DNA of 20,000 bases from an uncultured virus (IMG/VR IMGVR_UViG_3300007539_000015). Its lineage: Duplodnaviria > Heunggongvirae > Uroviricota > Caudoviricetes. The position numbers were made by a program, and so were the translations under genes. The notes beneath the pieces were generated by a model. It did no database searches. It saw nothing but the letters and a program-made list of their open reading frames with translations, and was not told the DNA's origin. The stretch is from IMG/VR virus record IMGVR_UViG_3300007539_000015; one strand, given 5' to 3'. Numbering within the stretch: position 1 is the first letter of the stretch; the number at the start of each line of letters is the position of its first letter. Below are positions 8,657-14,123 of this stretch, in pieces.

Positions 8657-8943
8657 TCGGAATTGTTCGATCCACCTTGAGCTTCACGTAACCACGTGAT
8701 CAGATACTGGTGAAGTCCAACAGGCTGTATGCTACGAAAACCCCTTAGCACTAGGAACGAAGCGGGGGATAGCGCATTTTGCGTGATGTCGACGTAGGTT
8801 GGGAAAGGTCAGAGCCCAGTAGCATAGTCAAATACCTACTTCCGATCTCGGCCATGCTACTCGTATGAAGCTTTGAGAAGATGGAACCGCTAGTAGGTTC
8901 CGTCTGACCAATTAATCTGTATGAAACTACAGTGCTTCGCACT
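8649..8943 (+). ncRNA. Candidate large structured non-coding RNA of unrecognised family, with pseudoknots
   Basis: 145/300 G+C (48%) over 8641-8940 in an otherwise AT-rich window, with no credible ORF. Helices: 8655-8661/8666-8672, 8684-8689/8694-8699, 8728-8735/8819-8826, 8772-8776/8780-8784, 8794-8799/8834-8839, 8800-8803/8815-8818, 8807-8813/8903-8909, 8879-8888/8896-8905. Several G-U pairs occur on the + strand, favouring that orientation. Boundaries are approximate. Confidence 0.65.
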
Positions 8944-9010
8944 TAAGATAAACAAATATGTGTTGAGTGACAACGAAAACACAGATGAACGTAGTTCATC
9001 TTAATAGTAG

Positions 9011-9016
9011 TAAATA
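9011..9016 (+). promoter_or_regulatory. Late promoter core TAAATA
   Basis: GTAAATATAATATG: TAAATA ends 4 nt before ATG 9021. Confidence 0.55.
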
Positions 9017-9020
9017 TAAT

Positions 9021-9506
9021 ATGGCAACAGAATTAGTAAGAAATATTGTAAAAAAAGCAAATACTCCACAAATGTGTTGGAGAACACCTAATAGTGGACA
9101 GTGTGGTAAGTGTGAACGCAATTGGGCAAGTGATGAAGAAGATGGCGTGTTTCATATTGATGAAAAAGATTTAAACATACTCCTTGATATGCTTAAAGGA
9201 TATGAATATGAAACTATCACTCGTAAAAAAGAGATAAAAAATATATACAAAGAAAGTTGGACATTGCCAGTTGGTAGAGTTACTAGTGACACTAGTAGAT
9301 TGCCACGAATTGTTTTGCTGTTAGAGTCAACTTTAGGTAATGCTGTGATAACAGGTAAAGTTATTCAAGCAGCAAACACATTGAGTTGGAGCAGCACCTG
9401 TGAAATACGTGATAAAATTATTCTTGGATTAGGTTTCAAGGATAGAGGTGGCAAAGAAGTGTTTGCTGATGAAAAGTTAAAACAAATATATGCAGAAGAT
9501 AAATAA
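9021..9506 (+). CDS. Hypothetical protein (161 aa) with an N-terminal Cys cluster
   Basis: The ORF track starts at GTG 8967, but that lies inside the hairpin cluster. ATG 9021, right after TAAATA, is more plausible. Contains CWRTPNSGQCGKC. Confidence 0.6.
   Translation: MATELVRNIVKKANTPQMCWRTPNSGQCGKCERNWASDEEDGVFHIDEKDLNILLDMLKGYEYETITRKKEIKNIYKESWTLPVGRVTSDTSRLPRIVLLLESTLGNAVITGKVIQAANTLSWSSTCEIRDKIILGLGFKDRGGKEVFADEKLKQIYAEDK
9500..9505 (+). promoter_or_regulatory. Late promoter core TAAATA
   Basis: GATAAATAA overlapping the end of the previous ORF; AAGGA RBS and ATG 9527 follow. Confidence 0.55.
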
Positions 9507-9526
9507 TTTATATTAAGGAAACTCTC

Positions 9527-10204
9527 ATGAAAGTATTTCAAGTTATTGCAGAACAAAATGAATTAGATGAAATTGGATTAAATCCGTTTGGAAAACTTGC
9601 TCGTCAACAACGTGCAGCAAATAAAGCTGGCAAACAAAGTATAAAAGACGAAGTAAATCAATTGCGTATTGAGTTTAACGCATTTCTTAAAACAAGCAAG
9701 CAGCCTGCAACTGCTGGCACACTGTTAAATTACTTGAAGCAAAAAGGTTACGGAGCAGAAGCAGCAGCTATTATTAAAGCACTACCAAGCAAAGGCAGCA
9801 AGATGAGAGCAAAAGCTGCTGCACAGGATAAAAAAGCAGCAGCACAAGCAGCAGCACAAAAGACAGCAGCTGGTCAAGCAGCAGCCGCAGCTGGTTTAGG
9901 CAATCAAGGAAGTGCAGCAAGCATTAACAAGATGCCAGCTGATCAACAGAAGATTGCAAGACTAGCAGCAAGTCAATACGATGAAGCAGCAGCAGGCGAT
10001 GTATTAAGCGGCGGACAAATCAAAAGTGTTATTGACCAAGTTGTAAGAAAAGGCTTTACTAGCAAAGCAGGATATTCAAAAGGTAAATTTGCTGGTGACG
10101 AACCACCTGCAACATTTAAGTCTGCTCAGGGTGCACCAGGTGATGCAACACAAAAAGCAATTGCACTTTTGAAAAAAGCAGGTTACACTGTAACTAAAGA
10201 TTAA
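9527..10204 (+). CDS. Ala/Lys-rich hypothetical late protein, possibly an internal head protein
   Basis: 225 aa with an RBS and late promoter. N-terminus MKVFQVIAEQNELDE; low-complexity AAAQ/KKAAA stretch. Confidence 0.7.
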   Translation: MKVFQVIAEQNELDEIGLNPFGKLARQQRAANKAGKQSIKDEVNQLRIEFNAFLKTSKQPATAGTLLNYLKQKGYGAEAAAIIKALPSKGSKMRAKAAAQDKKAAAQAAAQKTAAGQAAAAAGLGNQGSAASINKMPADQQKIARLAASQYDEAAAGDVLSGGQIKSVIDQVVRKGFTSKAGYSKGKFAGDEPPATFKSAQGAPGDATQKAIALLKKAGYTVTKD

Positions 10205-10419
10205 AAAAACGGCTGTTGTGTTTTCTTAGCAACTTCTAAATTATCTTCGGCAAGTTTAGCTATAACTTCTCTGTCCTCTGGAGACAGCATAAAAGCATCA
10301 TCATAACTCAAACCACCACGCATGTGCCAAACCATTTTGGCTAAATCGTAGCGGAGTTGTTTAATTTCTTCTTCTTGGACCTTGACCTCTTGTAATATTT
10401 TCTCCACCGGGAGAGCCAA
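10201..10419 (-). CDS. gp51-like baseplate hub assembly / tail chaperone 'T' segment, probably translated by -1 frameshift from the upstream gene
   Basis: WHMRGGLSYDDAFMLSPEDREVI resembles the gp51/GT-like short helical motif. There is no well-spaced RBS, and the frame stays open back to the slippery site at 10434. Confidence 0.7.
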   Translation of the reverse strand: MALPVEKILQEVKVQEEEIKQLRYDLAKMVWHMRGGLSYDDAFMLSPEDREVIAKLAEDNLEVAKKTQQPFF

Positions 10420-10440
10420 GATCCTTATGCGAAAAAATTT
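10377..10440 (-). promoter_or_regulatory. Programmed -1 ribosomal frameshift signal (slippery site plus stimulatory stem-loop)
   Basis: On the minus strand, A AAT TTT TTC (10440-10431) holds two in-frame XXXYYYZ heptamers. After a 6-nt spacer GCATAA comes the stem GGATCTTGGC (10424-10415) / GTCAAGGTCC (10386-10377), with inner hairpin TCTCC-CGGT-GGAGA. Confidence 0.8.
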
Positions 10441-11279
10441 GAAGCGTCAAAGTTAATAGGCACTTCAAATGTTTCAGGAGCGCCAGTTGCTCTATCCTCT
10501 TCTGTTGTGACAATTTTTCTTGGTTTTACAGCAAATTTTTTGCGTTGATTATCAACATGGTCAAGCAGTGACTTGTAAAATTCAACAGGTGCGTTCTGTA
10601 AAAACTCCATGATGTGATTTTTATCAGTTACAGTTTGATCACCTACTGTGATGCTTACAACACTTGAATACACACTTGTTAGATTCATTTCTGTGAGTCT
10701 TGAGAATGTTTCATTAAACTGAGATAGTTTTTCTACTTCACTCAATTTTTCGTCATCAACAATACGAAGAATACGCTGTTCTTCAAATGTTTTGAGTGCA
10801 ACATCTGTAAACTGTCTATAGTTCATTGGTTGTGTTTCTACTTTAAACTCGTTGTGTTCAAAGATTGGATCATAAGTTTGACTGTTAAGTTCGTCTAGTA
10901 ATTCAACTAAGTTTGTTTCAAAGCTACGCTCTTCTGCTGTGCCTGGAATAGTTATATCCATAGTTAACATTTCACCATAAGTTGCAATACGAATTGCTGT
11001 AAGCAGTGCATCAAGATCAATACTTGGCACCATCCATGCGTTCTTGATAGCAGGCACACAGTTTTGAATCACATTGACTGTGCTTTGTCCGTTGAGCAAT
11101 GCATCAGGCGTTTTGATCATGATTTCGTCTTTTGCCGTCATAGGATAAACTGCATATTGATTGTTTTCTGTTTTTTCTAGCGATCCAGGTGCATAGAACA
11201 ACCCTTTACTAGGTAAATCGATAAACAATTTGGGCTGACGAAAATGTTTCATCAGCGGATTTGCTGTTATTTCGCTCAT
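10425..11279 (-). CDS. Baseplate hub assembly protein, gp26-like
   Basis: RQPKLFIDLPSKG, VYPMTAKDEI and DLDALLTAIRIATYGE match gp26-family motifs, and it ends in NFFA, similar to the 'FF' ending of gp26-like proteins. GGAG RBS; divergent from the tape-measure-like gene. Confidence 0.8.
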   Translation of the reverse strand: MSEITANPLMKHFRQPKLFIDLPSKGLFYAPGSLEKTENNQYAVYPMTAKDEIMIKTPDALLNGQSTVNVIQNCVPAIKNAWMVPSIDLDALLTAIRIATYGEMLTMDITIPGTAEERSFETNLVELLDELNSQTYDPIFEHNEFKVETQPMNYRQFTDVALKTFEEQRILRIVDDEKLSEVEKLSQFNETFSRLTEMNLTSVYSSVVSITVGDQTVTDKNHIMEFLQNAPVEFYKSLLDHVDNQRKKFAVKPRKIVTTEEDRATGAPETFEVPINFDASNFFA

Positions 11280-11292
11280 ATTTTTCTCCGGA

Positions 11293-11323
11293 TAAATAAC
11301 TTATACAGTATATACCATATTTA
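11293..11323. promoter_or_regulatory. Pair of opposed late promoter cores (TAAATA on + at 11293-11298; TAAATA on - at 11318-11323)
   Basis: Both motifs lie in the 75-nt gap between the gp26-like and tape-measure-like genes. Confidence 0.55.
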
Positions 11324-11354
11324 ATTAAGTGCGTAGTTAATTTAGGAATCAAAA

Positions 11355-14123
11355 GTGACTGATACAGATATTCGTAATGTAGGTGGACCAGATGGTGTAG
11401 CCAGTGAAGCAACTCTTATGAGACTTGTTGAATTAACAAGATCAATGCAAAGAGGCACCAATGCTGCGGCTCAAGCTGAAGCTAGACTACGCAAAGCACA
11501 CAATGATTCTGTAGCAAAAGGCACAAAAGAACTTGGACTACTTGGTAAAGCAGCTGACCTAGCTGGAAAAGGTTTAAACAAGTATGCCAATGTTTTGCAA
11601 CACGGTGTTAGTGGTGTAAGCGACTTTAGCAAATACATTTTAGGCAGCAACAGCGCACTACAAAGACTAGTTGAATATGCTGACCAAAGCACACATCAAT
11701 TTAGAGAACTAAGCCAAGTTGGTGCAGGATTCAGCAACAGTATTTTTGAAATGAACAAAGTTGCTGCAACCAGTGGCATGGCTATGACACAGTTTTACGA
11801 AACTATATCTGGCAACAGTGAAGTGTTAAGGATGCTAGGCGGCACAGTCACAGACGGTGCAAAACGTTTCTCAGAAATATCAAAAGGTATCCGTCAAAGT
11901 GATCTTGGTCAAAGACTTTTACAATTAGGATTTACTGCTCAAGATATCAACGAAGGCTTTCTGTCTTATTCAAACAACATGCAACGCCAAGGATTATTGC
12001 AACGCATGAGCAATGCAGAGTTAATTGAAGGTAGTGCAAACTATCTAAAAGAAATTGACTTGCTTGCAAAAGCAACAGGCAAAAACAGACAAGAATTATT
12101 GAATCAAACCAGCGAGTTGCAAAACAGTGCAGCATTCCAGGCATTGCAAGCAAGAGCAAGTGCTGACGGTGCAGGACAACTCGAACGCAACATGGCAAGT
12201 CTTGCAAGTTTCTTACCAGGCTTTACTGGCGACATCATGGACATGGCAAGTGGATTGCGTGGTAGCCAATTAGAAATAGGTTTGAGTCAAAGTGCTGCTG
12301 GTCAACAAATGGTTAACTTGATTAGAAACATGGAAGGTATGAGCAATACTGAATTCCTAAGAAACATGCAGGAACTTGGTCCTCTTATTGGTAATACTGT
12401 TGCAGCAATGGATCCAGCACAGATTAGAGCATTGAGAACACAAGGTAGTCCTTTGGCTGCACTGTTTGATGCGATGCCTGCCTTTAGAGCAATGGCAAAC
12501 ATTGATCCTGATGCAGCTGAAAAAGAACAAGAACAACGTAATAAACTAACAGAATTGTTTGCAGGATTTTCAGATGCAATATCAAGATTGTCATCATTTA
12601 TCTTAGAGGAATTTTTGAACAGTGAAACGTTTGAATCTTTGAGAAGAATTGGCAACAGCCTGTCTGAGACATTCACACAATTGTTTGGCGAACAAGGTGA
12701 AAGCGGTGCTTTTGCTAATGCAAGCACAGGAATTAAAAATTTTACAACAACAATTGATACATGGTTTGTTGAAAATATTACTCAACCGTTACAAGCATTT
12801 ATAGATGATTTTAATAACTTTAGTGCAGAAGGCGGAACACCTTTAGAATTTTTGAAAATGAAAGTCACAGAAGCAGGTAATGCTATTGCTGACTATTTGT
12901 TAGGTCCTATTGAAAGTGAACCTGGAGGTCCAAACAGAGGACAACGAGCTGGCGGCATACTTAAAAAAATCACAGACGGTATAGCAAATGCATTCAGCGG
13001 AGACGGTGCAAGTAATTTTTTAACTAGTATCAGTGATAGTATTAAAGGTGTATACGAAAAACTAACAGCAGACGGAACATTTATAAGTGATGTAACAAAA
13101 AGTGTCACTGACATTTTTACAAACCTAACAAGCGATCAAGGTTTTATAACAAACATCAGTAATGCAGTAACTAAAATATTCACAGACTTAACAAGCGATC
13201 AAGGGTTTATTACAAAAATTAATGATGCAATTTCAAGTATTTTTTCTGATCAAGGTGTAATTTCTAGTGTAAGCACTGCCTTTAGTGATTTTATGAAGAA
13301 CAATACTGTAATACAAGCAATGTCAGATGCTATATCAAATGCAATGGATACTGTAGAAACCAGTCTGCGTGACTGGCTTGGTATGTCTCCAGGTGAAACG
13401 TTTACACAAAAAATAACCTCACTAGTCACAGACTTAACAAATTCAATTTTAGATATTATAAATGAAAAGATACCAACATTAATTAGCACAGCAGTAAGTG
13501 CTGCGGTAAGAGCTGTTACCGGAGAAGGTAGAAGAAATTCAGTTACTGGTACACCCGATAGTGCTGGAGCAGAAACTATATTAGGGGACATTCAAGGAGA
13601 TGGACTATTTAATTTTGACGATCTTGCTAAATTTGGATTATACGGATTAACAGATGTTAATGAAGTGGGTGGACAAGAATTAGTAAATAAGATATTCGCA
13701 GCAAGCGGCTTAGACACTGGGTTCTGGGCTGGCAACACCCAAAATCCGTGGAGTAACAATAGATCTGTTGGCGATTTAAGCAGAGCATTGGATGAATTGA
13801 GAATACAAAATCAACAAGGAACAATTTCTAATGAAGCGTTAGAACTATTAGGACAACTAAATGCAGCATTACCAAACAAAAGAGTTGGCACATTAAGAGC
13901 AACTGGAAATCCGTTTGAACAAAAAGATGGATTACAGTTTGTGCATAGAGGAGAACAGATTATACCAGCAGGCGAAGCTAATATGACTCGTCAGTCTGAT
14001 GTGGTTGCTGCCATAAATCGGTTAAATACTACTACCATGCAATTACTCGCAGCAACAAATCAAACCAACCGCGGGGTTCGCGGAATTAGCAACGACTTCT
14101 TGAAAGGAGCGTTAACAGTATGA
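11355..14123 (+). CDS. Tail tape-measure-like protein (gp29 functional analogue)
   Basis: 922 aa, helical, A/G/S/Q-rich, with internal 21-aa repeats and a C-terminal FVHRGEQIIP motif common near tape-measure C-termini. Adjacent to the chaperone-like pair; GTG start with AGGA RBS. Confidence 0.75.
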   Translation: MTDTDIRNVGGPDGVASEATLMRLVELTRSMQRGTNAAAQAEARLRKAHNDSVAKGTKELGLLGKAADLAGKGLNKYANVLQHGVSGVSDFSKYILGSNSALQRLVEYADQSTHQFRELSQVGAGFSNSIFEMNKVAATSGMAMTQFYETISGNSEVLRMLGGTVTDGAKRFSEISKGIRQSDLGQRLLQLGFTAQDINEGFLSYSNNMQRQGLLQRMSNAELIEGSANYLKEIDLLAKATGKNRQELLNQTSELQNSAAFQALQARASADGAGQLERNMASLASFLPGFTGDIMDMASGLRGSQLEIGLSQSAAGQQMVNLIRNMEGMSNTEFLRNMQELGPLIGNTVAAMDPAQIRALRTQGSPLAALFDAMPAFRAMANIDPDAAEKEQEQRNKLTELFAGFSDAISRLSSFILEEFLNSETFESLRRIGNSLSETFTQLFGEQGESGAFANASTGIKNFTTTIDTWFVENITQPLQAFIDDFNNFSAEGGTPLEFLKMKVTEAGNAIADYLLGPIESEPGGPNRGQRAGGILKKITDGIANAFSGDGASNFLTSISDSIKGVYEKLTADGTFISDVTKSVTDIFTNLTSDQGFITNISNAVTKIFTDLTSDQGFITKINDAISSIFSDQGVISSVSTAFSDFMKNNTVIQAMSDAISNAMDTVETSLRDWLGMSPGETFTQKITSLVTDLTNSILDIINEKIPTLISTAVSAAVRAVTGEGRRNSVTGTPDSAGAETILGDIQGDGLFNFDDLAKFGLYGLTDVNEVGGQELVNKIFAASGLDTGFWAGNTQNPWSNNRSVGDLSRALDELRIQNQQGTISNEALELLGQLNAALPNKRVGTLRATGNPFEQKDGLQFVHRGEQIIPAGEANMTRQSDVVAAINRLNTTTMQLLAATNQTNRGVRGISNDFLKGALTV
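13063..13251 (+). repeat. Three degenerate 63-nt (21-aa) tandem repeats inside the tape-measure gene
   Basis: TAACAAGCGATCAAGG at 13126 and 13189 (63 apart), with a diverged copy at 13063. Protein units: LTADGTFISDVTKSVTDIFTN / LTSDQGFITNISNAVTKIFTD / LTSDQGFITKINDAISSIF. Confidence 0.8.

Noticed and set aside
8701..8920. RNase P RNA, tmRNA or tRNA identity for the structured region
   Set aside because: GAAGTCC resembles the RNase P GAAAGTCC, but the matching 3' P4 strand and other conserved regions are missing. There is no tRNA-like acceptor/T-arm (GTTCRA..CCA) arrangement and no convincing tag ORF.
8751..8942. 63-aa minus-strand ORF from the ORF track
   Set aside because: Non-ATG start without an RBS, atypical composition, and antisense to the structured element; probably a chance ORF in GC-richer DNA.
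8657..8943. Group I intron hosting the GIY-YIG ORF (CAACAGGCTGTATG and GCATAGTC loosely resemble the R and S elements of P7)
   Set aside because: The bases inside the would-be P7 pair directly with each other (TATGCTAC/GTAGCATA) instead of forming P3/P8. I could not build P4-P6, and no interrupted host gene is evident. A derived intron remnant cannot be excluded without a covariance search.
8967..9020. N-terminal extension of the 179-aa ORF from GTG 8967
   Set aside because: It lies inside the hairpin cluster with no RBS; ATG 9021 after TAAATA is the better start.
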